DNA from: Vicugna vicugna | Lineage: Eukaryota | Direction of reading: 5' to 3' | Assembly: GCA_013265495.1 (NCBI GenBank) | Contig: MU057947.1 | Location: forward strand, 1,002,048 to 1,066,047 | DNA: 64,000 bases | Part shown: positions 36,901 to 48,300 of the stretch, in pieces | Numbering within the stretch: position 1 is the stretch's first letter | Layout of the letters: every line of letters starts with the position of its first letter | Position numbers and translations under genes: made by a program | Notes under the pieces: generated by a model | Told to the model about the DNA's origin: nothing | The model's database searches: none | Seen by the model: only the letters and a program-made list of their open reading frames with translations

Positions 36901-37574
36901 ACGGTTGTCTGGAATGTGTGTGTGTGTGTGTCTGGCAGGGGAGGAGACTTCCTCCTCCTCTGAGGCTCTGGCTGGCCCTCAGGACTAAGCTGACCTAAGA
37001 CAGCTTAGCAGGAGGAGGATCATGGCATCGGCATGTGTGCACGAGCCTTCGCGGGGGTCGGGTGATGTGAAGAGTCCAGAGCCTGCGGCTTGTCCACCTC
37101 GTGAACAAAGGGACGTTTATGAAGAAGGGACAGGACAGCGGGGCGGGGCTGGGGGTCGTCCACGGAGATGAGGCTAGTCTCATAGGCTCGTGTGTGCGGA
37201 CGTCTTGGCCCTGGTTCCATGTCTGTCTTCTTCCCGGGGCAGGGAGGCACCTTTCCCGGGGAGTTCTGTCTCCTGTTTTCAGGAGGAGGAAGAGGGTCCT
37301 CCTGGCCCCGCATGTGTCTTGGGTGCTGTGGATTCGGAGTGCCCAGCGTGCCAGGGCGGCATGTTCCCAGGCGACGCAGTCTGCGCCCCTCCAGTCTGGA
37401 GGCATCCATCAGACCCCGGAGTATGAGAGGGGTCGTTTCTGGGTGGCAGGGTTACCAACAACTTCAGTGTTCTTTTGTGCTGAGAAAATTTTCTATAATA
37501 AAAATGCAGGTTTAAAAATTGTAATACAAAAGTGTCCGGGAGGGGTGGGTTAACCTGTTTTGTCCTGCAGCGTT

Positions 37575-38160
37575 GTGAATTCGCCTCTTCTGGGCACCTC
37601 AGGTGAGTGGAATCATCCAGTATTTGTCCTTTTGTGACGGGATTACTTCACTGAGCATAATGTCCTCAAGGGTCATCCATAGTGTAGCATGTGTCAGAAC
37701 TCATTGCTTTAAAAAAATTTTTTTATTGGAGTGTAATTGATTTACAGTGCTGGTTTCAGGTGTGCAGCAGAGTGATTCAGTTATACGTGAACACACACAG
37801 GTATTTTTCTCTTTTCAGATTCTTTTCCATTATACGTTATTACCAGAAATTGAATATAGTCTAGGTCCTTGCTGTTTATCTGTTCAGAATTTCACTGCCT
37901 TTTAAGGCTGAGTGACCCCCCGTTGCACGGACGGACCCCACGCTGTTGACCTCGCCTGTCGTGCCATTCGGGTGTTGTGAACCACGCTGCTGTAAACGCC
38001 GGTGTGCTGTCTGAGCCCCTGCTTTCAGTTCTTCTGGGTGTGTGCCCAGCAGCGGGATCGCTGGCTCGTGTGGCAGTTCTGTCTTTGACTTTTTGAGGGG
38101 CTGCCGTACTGTCTTCCGCAGAGGCTGCCCCCTTTCACGTGCCCACCAGCAGCACGTGAC
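37575..38160 (-). mobile_element. Old L1MB-like 3' fragment interrupted by a younger L1 3' tail (~37713-37883)
   Basis: gtggaatcatccagtatttgtccttttgtgac...cacttagc-like L1MB motif resumes after the insert (ttttaaggctgagt...cccagcagcgggatcgctgg). The insert ttattggagtgtaattgatttaca...gtgattcagttata is an ungulate L1 3' end. Confidence 0.75.
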
Positions 38161-38437
38161 GATTTTGGGAGGGAGTCCTTCCCTTCGCCGGCTCAGCTTG
38201 TCTGAAGCAAGCCCTCCTCAGGGTATCAGAATTATTGCCCGTTTGTGTGTTTTGTTTGCCCCGTGGGACTTGCTTAGCAGAGCTTTGGTCAGGCCTGAGC
38301 TGGGCTGTGGCCCCGGGGACAGGTGGGATTCAGGGCCGCTGACCTCCAGGACCAGAAACCAAGCAGAAGCCCGCGGTGGCCTCTCTGTGCTCCCCGGGGG
38401 CTGCCGCCCTTCCCACCGCGGCGTGTCCTCATGGAAT

Positions 38438-38525
38438 CGCGACTGGCTCCTTAGTTGGTGGGGCCCAGTGCAAAACAAAATGTGGAGCCCCCTTTCCGAA
38501 AATCGTTTACAGCTTCAAGACCGAG
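38438..38525 (-). mobile_element. MER45A-like hAT-Tip100 fragment
   Basis: gactggctccttagttggtggggcccagtgcaaaacaaaatgtggagcccc; shares gggcccagtgcaaaa with the element at 14.3 kb. Confidence 0.65.
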
Positions 38526-39467
38526 CTAACCCATTGGTCCCCACCAGCCCAGAGAGTAAACATCCTGGCAACGAAGAGACCTCAGACCGGAGGGGCAGGT
38601 GTCCATTGGGTACGCTCAGGGCTGGGTGAGCGGGTCACCAGTCGTCACGCCTGCATCGAGTGAGTCGCTGGTGAAGGGCTGGCAGCGGTTTCCACAGTGG
38701 TTGGGGTTGGTGGGCCTCACGGGCTCCGAGGGCAAGTTTAGGGTCTTTGAGAGCCCGGCCGACGTGCTGGCCGAGTTGAGGGCTCTGATTTAGGATGCCT
38801 TCCGGTCGCGGGCCTGACAGGGATGTGGTCATCCATCACGTCTGCAGAGGACTTTCCGCAGCAAGCATCTGTCTTCCAGCAGAGCGACTCCGGGACCCTG
38901 ACAGCGTGGGACCAGGGAGACATTAGTTCAGGGCTTAGAAAGTATTCTTGCCATAAACTTCCTGCAGAATCATGGGGATATTATAAACTTACCATCACAA
39001 GGTGTATCTTTTTAGCATTGTGATGTTTTCAGTGATTTTCTGGCTTGGCTGCCAGCCCTGGCCCACTGTGCCTGCCCGGGCAGGAGGCGAGCTCTCTTGT
39101 AGCCACAGGCGGGGGGCTGACCCTGGTGTCATCCAGATGTGCTTTTGGGTGAAACACTGACATTTGGCCATGATCACAGCAGAAGCAGACGCGCTTCCCC
39201 TGAAGAGAAGGAGGGTATTTGTGCGTAGATTTCACTTCATGAGTCACAGGGATGCTGAGACGTGGGGAAGGTAATGAGCCTGGTCAGTGCGTGACGCCAA
39301 GCTTCGCGCTCCCCCCGAGGGTGCGGATGGTTTGCAGAATGGCCCGCACATCTGAGTTGATCGGGGCGTGTCTGTAGGAGCGCAGCGGTCCTGACTGTCT
39401 TCCCGAAGCCACCGACACCAGTTGGCGTTCACTGTTGAGTAGCCTTGATTGCAGTGTGCTTGGGATG

Positions 39468-39595
39468 CACGTGTGTCCACTGTGTGTGTGTGTGTGGATA
39501 GTGTACACGCATGCAGTTATGTGTGTATGTGTGTATAGTGTACATGTGTGTAGTATTGTGTGTGTGTGTGTGTGTATGTTTGCACGTGTGCTAAG
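39468..39595. repeat. Degenerate (TG)n / (TGTA)n microsatellite
   Basis: Seen directly. Confidence 0.9.
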
Positions 39596-40838
39596 TTGGA
39601 CGGACATCCAAGCCGTGCTGACTTACAAAGACAGCAGCTCCCTACGGCTTGGTCTAACAACCGTGTGAGTGTGTGTGTACTCTGTGTTACATTTCAGAAA
39701 CATTTGTTTTGACTATAAAATGTGATAAAACTATTGTGAGAAATTGGAAAGTAAAAGAAAGGTTTAAAGAAGCAAATAAAGGTCCCCCCAAGCCCTCAGC
39801 GTGCGGTGATGGTCCTCTCCTGCCCTGTGATGTGCAGGTGTGTTCTGTTCTCAGTTATTCACACAATTATTATAATACTCGTGTAATATCATGGGGGGGG
39901 GGTCCTGCACTAACCACAGGATTCAAACCCCTGGCCGTCCGTGGTCTCCACCCCGCACCCCCGGGCCTCCCCCCAGTTCCCTTCCCTCCTTTCTCTGCCC
40001 TTGTGGACGCCCTGGCAGGCCTCCCTCTGTGGGCGGCGTCTCCTGGGCCCCCTTCCCTTACTGGCTGGGTTTCGGTTGGGTTCAGCCAGTGAGAGGCCAG
40101 CAGGAGACCGGGGGGCGGGAGGAGAAAGTGGTCCAGCATTTCTTCCCACTTCCTCTTTGCTTTGGTGCTGGTTCTCTGGCAGTCTCCCCACTTCTCACTT
40201 CCAGATCCACCCGCCCACAGTCCTCCCTGCGGCCCCGCCCCTCGCCCTGCGGGTGATTCATGCCGAGGGGTGGCAATGGCTGGCCTCCCCTGTTTGGTTA
40301 CCTGGCTCTCTAGGTCATGGTTACATCAGAGACTTTTCCTCTGGGCCTCCCAGGGTGACTCTTTCCTGGTGGGTACAGCCCAGGTGAAAACAGCCCTGTC
40401 ACATCCAGCTCGTTCAGATGTCACAGCCGCCCAGGGATGCAGTGTCACGGGACTCCTCCTGTGGCTTGTGCTGTGTTCACCCCTGACAAGGCTGGTCAGG
40501 GGCAGGTCGTGTAAGTGTGAGCTGATGTGCAGGTGGTCTGTTCCGGCCCAACGCCAAAACCGCAGCGTGGAGCACGGAGACCTGGGCAAACTCGTGTGGC
40601 CTTTTGACCTCTGAGAGGCCACGCTGCATAGGTGGCTGACAGCCACGTGTTGCAGAAGGAGGTGTGTGCACAGCAAGGCTGGGGCCCCCCCCCAACCAGG
40701 GGGACCACCTGGCCGGGCCCTGAGAACCCGGCGACACCTGCCTGCAGGCACGTGTGGGTGCTCTCATTTCATAGGAGGAAACGGGCGCTCAGAGAGTTAA
40801 GGTGACTCGCTCCAAGCCCCACGCTTCGTAAATAGTCA

Positions 40839-40987
40839 TCATTATTCTTTTTAATTATAATGTATTTTATTTTTTTGGAGGGGGTAGTTAGGGTTACATA
40901 TTCGTTTTCGGAGGAGGTGCTGGGGATTGAACCCAGGACCTTGTGCATGCTAAGCATGCGCTCTACCCCCGCGCTGTGCCTTCCCCC
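40839..40987 (-). mobile_element. tRNA-Ala-derived SINE (camelid vic-1-like) with 17-bp target-site duplication
   Basis: The - strand reads GGGGGAAGGCACAGCGCGGGGGTAGAGCGCATGCTTAGCATGCACAAGGTCCTGGGTTCAATCCCCAGCACCTCC (tRNA-Ala(AGC)-like with B box), then an A-rich tail. TSD cgcttcgtaaatagtca (40822-40838) / cgttttgtaaatagtca (40988-41004). Confidence 0.88.
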
Positions 40988-41197
40988 CGTTTTGTAAATA
41001 GTCAGTGGGATTCACAGCAGGCAATTTCCATTTTGTGTCTTGAAAAAAACGCTCTAGACTGCCAGTTACATGACTGTCTTCAGCTTGCTCTGACTTGCCT
41101 GTCCCCCGGGTCTCGCACCCACTGTGACCGCAGAATCCCCAGGGGTCGCGCCGTGGAACAGTGAGGCTGCAGGAGGCGACGACTTCCCCTTCCCTGG

Positions 41198-41548
41198 TGC
41201 TGTGGTCTGGGTGCTGCGTCCCCCCAGATGCACCTGCTGAGATCCTGACCCCCAGCTGGCGGTGCTCGGAGGTGGGGCCGTTGGGAGGTGGTCAGGGCGA
41301 GGGGTGGAGCCCCATGGAAGGGATCCATGCTCTTTAAAGGGGGCTTCAGAGAGTGCACTCCGCCCTGCCGCCACGTGAGGACACAGACGGCGGCCGTCTG
41401 CAGCCCAAAGAGGTTCTCACCCACACCTGACGGCGCCGGCTCCCTGGTCCCAGACTTTGGCCTCCAGAACTGCCAGAAATGACGTCTGTGGTTTGTAAGT
41501 CATCCAGTCTGTGATACTTGGTCACTGAAGCTTGAACAGGCTGACACG
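41198..41548 (+). mobile_element. MLT1A-like MaLR solo LTR
   Basis: ggaggtggggccgttgggaggtg...ccacgtgaggacacag...gcctccagaactg...tttgtaagtcatccagtctgtgatactt. Confidence 0.82.
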
Positions 41549-41892
41549 CATCTTCCTAGGAAACCAGACCTCGGCCATCCGTTTACCAAGGCCCAGAGGA
41601 AGAGGTCAGCCCAGAGGCTGTCGGAACCTGCCAGCCTTCGCTGACAGATTTAATTACTTGAATATATTTTTCAAGAGAGTCTGCCTGGTTGCTTAGCTGG
41701 ATTATGGCAGAAGCAGAGCCTACTGAACGCTGCCTAGTGAATGACACAGAATACCTTCAGGGGGAGGCGGGAGGGGCCGAGCGGGGAGTCTGTGCGTCAC
41801 CCTTTGGTCGTCGTGGGGAGAGGAGGATGCTTCTCAACACAACGAGCTTTGGAAGAGGTCTCAAGGATGCCCAGACCCTGTGCTGCTATTTT

Positions 41893-43420
41893 TAAGTAAA
41901 CTTTTTATTTTGGAACAATTTTAGATGTACAGGAAAGTTGCACAGGTGGTACAGAGCGTTCCCGTATACCCCTCTCCCAGTTTCCCCGAACGTCAACACC
42001 TTATGTTACCTGTTCTTTTTTAATCAAAACTAAGAAGCCGGCGCTGGCACGTAAGTAGTGACTAACCTGCAGACTTCACTTGGAGCTCGCCGGTTTCCCC
42101 ACTAGCTCCTTTTCTCTTCCAGGGCCCAGCTCAGGAGGCAATGGCGGTACCGCCTGTGGTCGTGTCCCCTTAGGCTCCTCTGGTCGGCCGTGGGTTCTCA
42201 TGTTCCACCTCGTTTCACGTGACCTCCGCAGGCGTGCGGATACTGGTTGTGTACTTCTGGGTTTTCACGAGGTATCGTGGTTCCGGGGGAGGACACCGCA
42301 CAGGTCAAGTGCCCGTTTGGTCGCTTCACGTCAGAGGGTGCGTACTGTCAACACGGCAGCCCCCAGTGGCGTCGGCCTCGACACACGCCTAAGGTTGTGA
42401 CTGCCAGGCCTGCCCTCTGTCACGTCCCTTCCCGCCCAGGCTCCGTTCTGTGGAAGCAAGTGGCCGAGTCCAGCCCCGCTCGGAATTCAGCTAAACTTCC
42501 TGGAGGGGGAGTCGCGACATAAGTTATTTGAACAACTTCTGTGAGGAAGACCTGTCTCTTCTCCCCGTTTACTCACCCCCTCGTCTGTTTCTGTCAGTAG
42601 GGACTTGTGTGTGCTTTTTATGTTTTTTATTGATGTATAGTCAGTTTGCATGTTCTGTCGCGTGTATTTATTTTATGCTGTTGTTTATAATCCGATTTTA
42701 CATTATTTTTTTGTTGTTCAGATTGTTCCAGCTTTGGCCATTGGGGGCTTTACACGCTCCCACCCTTTTGTTTTCCGAGCACTTCTTTACTCTCAGGCAC
42801 TAGAAGATGCCCTGTGTTCGTCTTTTATTGTCCCGCCCTGATTCTGGACTCAGACTCTTCTCCAAGCAGTCCTCGTTCCTTTCACTGGGGGATGGCGTTT
42901 AGAAACCAACTCGGCGCTGAGTGTGCAGCGGCCGCGGGGGTGGCGTTGCTCCAGCCAGGGAGTGCTGTGTGTGCGCTGACCCCCGCTTGCTCAGATGCCT
43001 GCACGTGTGCCCGTGTTGTCCGTGTGTTAACCACACACGAGTCACACTGATGTTTCAGACTCAGATCCAGGAGCACGTGGCCCACCCTGCTCACCTGTAA
43101 CCTTCCTCTCTGCCAGTGGGGACCCCGGTAGCTTGCACGCACCCCCCAGGTACCTGCTTGTTCCACTCCCACGTGCGTGGAAAGCTGTTTCGGGATTGCT
43201 AGCCCAGCTTCTGTGGGGAAAACAGCTTTGCCGGGAAGAGCACAGCGTCTCTGTAAGGTTCCTTTGTCTTGAGCCTCATAGGTTCAGTCAAAACACCGTT
43301 TCCAAGCTCGAGGTCAGCTCCATCCGCCCCTTCAGTGATCATGTCGTGTACTCGTGTCTGTTTCATTCTTCCGTCGCAGTTTGCCTTCCATCCTGGAGCC
43401 TCTATCCTCTTAGTTGACGT
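41893..43420 (-). mobile_element. Old L1 (L1MC/L1MD-like) 3' UTR relic
   Basis: aaactttttattttggaacaattttagatgtacaggaaagttgcac...cccagtttcccc...ttgttcagattgttccagctttggccattggg. Right boundary approximate. Confidence 0.7.
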
Positions 43421-43649
43421 TTTAAAATTTGTGTTCAGTCAAGTTCACTTTCCATCCAGATGAGTTCTGTTCCCCCCACAGCCCCCCTTACGATATCCCC
43501 TTTGCGGTAACCACACCTGCCCCTCTCAGCGCCTGGCAGCGCCCGGCGGCTCGCTGTCCCTGGACGTTGCCTTTCCAGACGCCACGTGGCGGAACTGTGC
43601 AGCGGCGCCTTCCGGTCTGGCTCCTTTCGTTGGGTTGTTGCATGTTGTT

Positions 43650-44036
43650 GCTTGTTCCTTTTGTTTCCTGTTGTTTTTATTTTAATCTCTATCTTTATTA
43701 TTTCTTTCCTTCCACTTTACATTTTTTCTTTTTGTAATTCCTTTAGTTGGTAGGTTAGGTTTTCTCGAGATTTTTCTTGGTTTTGAGGAAGGTCTGTGTT
43801 GCTATGAACGTCCCTCTCAGAACTGCTTTTGCTGCATCCCACAGATTCTGTGTGATTGTGTTGCATCGTCATTTGTCTCAAGGTTTTTTAAATTTCCTCT
43901 TTGATTTCATCATTGACCCATTGGTTTTTTAGTAGCATGTTATTTAGTCTCTAAGTGATCATTTTTTCCCGTTTCTCTTTCTGTGGTTAATTTCTGGTTT
44001 CATGCCATTGTGGTCAGAAAAGATGCTTGAAATACC
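43650..44036 (-). mobile_element. Internal L1 ORF2 fragment (end of endonuclease domain onward)
   Basis: The - strand translates to ISSIFSDHNGMK.EIN... and QNLWDAAKAVLRG, both hallmark L1 ORF2p segments; frameshifted. Confidence 0.85.
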
Positions 44037-44994
44037 AGCTTTTTTTTTTTTAACCCCAGAGTGGTATTCCGTGGTATGGATGTACCCCAGTGTGTTTTTC
44101 CAGTCGTCTGTTCAGGGCCATCGTGGTTGCTCCCAGCTTTTGGTGATTATGGTAAAGCACTGTAAGCACGCTGCAAGGTTTCTGAGTGAAGGTAAGTCTC
44201 TGGGACAAGTGCCAATGAGTGTGGATCTGGGCTGGGCCTTGGAGGGGCCGAGGCAGCCCTGATGACGATGGGGGGGGGAGTTCTGAGTCAGAAAAGAGGA
44301 GAGTCACTGTGGGTGGGAGGGGCACTGCCCCCTGTGCTCATCCCCGGAGTCTGAGGTGAGTGGAGGGCTGTGAGGGGCGTGGGCGTCATTCCTCCTTGGG
44401 CCCTGGAACTTCCTCCCAGGGCTGCCCTGGAAGGAGGAGTGGGCTGTCGTGGTGACTGAGCAGGGGGCGTGATGGGAGTCACCGAATCATCTGGAGACCC
44501 TCTGCGGTGGGGACCACCTGCCTCATTTCACTGCTGGGGAAGCTGAGGCACACAGTGTTCTGTCAGTCACACGAGGTGAGCGGTGGGGCTGGGACCGAGC
44601 CAGGGGGCTTGGCTCTGGGGCTCACGCCTTTCGCACTACATCCTCCACCTCTGGTGGCCTTGGTGCCGGGCTCGGGGGTCTGGAGGTTTCCCAGTGGGAG
44701 TGGGGAGATATCTTTGTCAGTGGAGGGGCACGATTGTCTTTGTCTATGAAAGGCCACGTTGGCTGCTGGATGGCCTGGAGGAGGTGCAGGCTGAGGGCCT
44801 GTGCAGGGGCTGCCACGGTCGTCCACGTCAGGGTTAGAGCTGTGGCGGCAGGGGTGTGGGGGTGTGGGGGTGGCAGGGCTCTGAGACAGTGTGGGCAGCG
44901 TCCCTCAGGGCTGGGGGCTTGAATGCCTCCAGGTTTCTGGCTAAGAGACACATCCGTTTCCTGAGGTCACAGGGTGAGGAGTGGAGTTGACTTG

Positions 44995-45361
44995 GCGTAT
45001 CCGTCAGCCTGGCTGCTGTAACACAGCTGTAGACTCACGGGCTGGAGCAGCAGGAGTTAACTTCCTCACAATTCTGGAGGCTGGAGGTGAGGTGTCGGCA
45101 GGGCTGTCTCCTTTTGAGCCTCCCCTCTTGGCTTGCAGATGGCTGCCCTCTCCCTGCGCCCTCTGTGGTCCTCGCTCCGTAGGTGTGTGTCCTCATCCCC
45201 GCTTGTGTAAGGACACCAGTCACAGCGGGCAGGGCCACCCTGATGACCTTCATCTACCTTGACCTCTTTGAAGAACACGTCTATGGATGCAGTAACGCTG
45301 TGAGGAACTGGGGGTAGGGCCTCCACATATTAATTTGGGGGGCACAGTTCAGCCCCTGACA
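44995..45361 (-). mobile_element. MLT1B-like MaLR solo LTR
   Basis: ggctgctgtaaca...ctcacaattctggaggctgga...ttggcttgcagatggctgcc...taaggacaccagtca...atttggggggcacagttcagccc. Confidence 0.82.
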
Positions 45362-48300
45362 CTTAGGAGTGGGGTTTGAGGGGCCTGTGGGGCTCACACA
45401 AGTGGAGTGGCTTGTCAGTGGCTTGTGCACTTGTATGTGGGGCTCACACAAGTGGAGGGCTGAGGTGTGGGCTGGTGACTTGGGAGTGGGAAGCTTATTG
45501 TCAGGAGGGAAGAGAACTTCCGAACAGATGGTGTTTTCCAGCTTGACCATGAGCTCTTCCGCCCCTCACGCTCTCCCCACGTTTCACTCCCGTGGTGGGG
45601 ACGGGGGGCCTGCTTCCCTCTGCCTTACCCCAGGTGGGGCTGCTATTGAGTGGAAGTGACAGCCGTGACTTGTGAGCCTGTGTCTGCACGGGTGGCCCCA
45701 GCTGCCCTTGGCTCTCTGGGGAAGCTTGCCCTGGGCACCCCCTCATCCCGCCGCAGAGGCAGAGCGAGGGGGAGGTGTGCTCCCTCCAGATGGGCGGGTG
45801 CCTGAGAGCCGCCCAGCTGAGCCCGGCCTCGCCAGACCCCGAGAGACGACGACTGATCCTGGCTGTTGTCTGCAGCCCCTGCGTCCTCAGGGTGATTTGT
45901 TACGCAGCAGGAGGTAACAGGACCGCCGTTTTCCCTGCAGCTTCAAGGAGTGAAGCAGGATTTATTGTGTGGTGCTTTTAAGCTGAGTTAGGCTGAGACA
46001 GAGAAGAGATGAAATACAGCCGTTAGCGTGCGATCTGGGCTCTTCACATCCCTGCCAGTTCCTGGGCAGAGCGGCGCGCCGAGCCCACACCACCCAAATT
46101 TAGAAACGGTGGATTTTAAAAAAGAAATGCTCATTAATCAAACCTGATGGTCTCTTACGCTTTTATGTGAGTTTCACGGTTCAGTTTTGCTAATTGTCTT
46201 CTTTTAAATTTGTGATCCCTCTATGGAAGTTAGTCAGATGATCTCACCGTCTACGGTTGAAATGAGACCTTCAGTGTATAGATTTATAAGTGTAATTTAA
46301 AAAAAAGCACATGGAGGGAAGTTTGATTAAACAGACTTTTATAACGTTGGTTTTCGAAACAACAAAAGTTAATTACAGTGGGGTGTTCATACTCGCACAG
46401 AACTCTTCATCCACAGAATTCTGAGCAGTTCACTAAAACTTGAAATGTTAGTCTCGTGTTTATTCAGTATGCAAATAAAGCATATAACATATTCCATCAA
46501 GCACTTTAAATAGTCAGCCAGACATGTCTTTTTTATTATTAGATCAGGAAACTCAAATACGGTTACTCTTTATTGGTTTAATCAACATGTTGAATATACA
46601 GTTTGGTGCAAACCTGTTCTTTTCTCATCAAAGCTGGAAATACCCACAGCTGTTCTGTGGGAGCTGAAATTCTATTCTTTAAGGTAAATAACTGTTTCCT
46701 ATTAATACCCTCGTTGTTTGTTTAGATCCAGGCGGGAAGGCAGGCGAGGGATGAAAACGTTCGTTTTAAAGGCTGCTGGTGATTTTCTGTTTGTTGGTGC
46801 TGAACTAGTATTGGCCCACTGAGACGTTAATTTCACTCTTTCTGTTTCGGTAGAAGCCTCCAGAGCGAGTTACCGTTGGCCGTTCCTGTTCTTGGAGGCC
46901 GTGACGACCTCTTGGGTTTTGGCTGTGGGAATCCCACACTTGGGCCGCCTTCCCCGGAGTGTCAGCCCGCCCTGGGGGAGGGGACGGGGGAGGGATGAGG
47001 GCTCTTTCAAGGGCAACTTGGGTCCTCCGGGGGGATCAGCTCCAACAGGAGGTGGGCTTGGGGAGAGGTGGAGGGAAAGGGTGTGGGGGCGGAGGGTGGG
47101 TCCCCGAGAAAGGAGGCCCCTCCCTGGCCGCAGCTCCTCGTCTCAGGCACCAGCACCTGACCTGCCCCCATGGGAGATTCATTCTTGGGGTTTTGCCAAC
47201 ACCTCCCTAGTTTTTTAAAAATGCGAACTATCCTCAGAAGAGTATGTGCTGGTGTCATTAACATTCCCTGGGCCTGGAGTGGAAAGATGAGAAGAGGGTG
47301 GGCCAGAGGTCTGAGGTCCTAGCGGGGCGTGTGGAGGAGGGAGCAGCGGTGCTGGGACAGAGCACACCAGGCTCGCCCAGGGTCACATACTCAGGGCCAC
47401 ACCTGCCTCACCTGTCCCCAGGTGGGGTGGGGACATCTGGCTAAGGAGAGTCCCATGATGCTCTGTTTTGACCCAACCCCTAGATCCTCCCCACCCCAAA
47501 TGCCCTAAAAACCCCACATCAGATACCGTCAGGGTCAGCTTGGGGGGCGTGGCCCCAGGCGTCGAAGCCTCATCGCTGCGTCCTGGCGTGCTGAACTCCC
47601 TTAATTGGAAAGGATGCTGTCCAAGCTTATAAGCTTATAACCTGGGTGAAGGCCAAGACCTGGTCCACTCTGGGACCACTGACGCCTGTGAGCAGCCCCT
47701 AACTGGCAGCCTCTTCTAAATCGATTTCAGGGCGTTATTTTAGGCGGAGCTGCGACTTGAGATGCTGAAATTCTTAAAAGAAATCTCTTGACGCTCAGAT
47801 GCCTCGGGCCCTTTCATCTGCATTTTGGGGAGAGGGCAGTCCCTGCTCTGGGGGGCTGTTCCTTTGTCGGGGCCCGTCTGGGACGTGGGGGCCAGATGGG
47901 GTCAGGGGTCGGTGTCCTGCCAGGCTCTGGGCCCCCCACCCCCCTGTGGCAGCTGTAGCCCCCCCTCCCCTGCACGAGCTTCGGCAGGTGTCAGGGCTTG
48001 ATTAAAGATGACAGGACGCCTTTAAGAACTCTGTTTTCTTTCTACCATAACATGATTCTCTGATGTTCTCCTGTTGGTTTTATGTCAGTGAAGCACTTGC
48101 ATTATTTATCAATCAGCGTTTGATTCTTAATCATGAGAGGAGAGTTAATCTGAGTCATTCGTTCTGGTTTTCAAATTAAATACATATGTCAGCTTAATCC
48201 AGAAACCGGGAGCTTGGTGACCTCCCCTTCGTGGCGGGCTTCTGGTTCTCAGGAACACTGGGTTGGGCCAGTCTGGGGGCTGGGGGGTGGGGCGGGGTCG

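Noticed and set aside
40915..40987. Possible tRNA-Ala gene
   Set aside because: The A box/D arm is degenerate and the sequence has a SINE body, A-rich tail and TSD, so it is a SINE.
45386..45457. Repeat-spacer-repeat pattern resembling CRISPR
   Set aside because: Only two copies, mammalian context and no cas genes.
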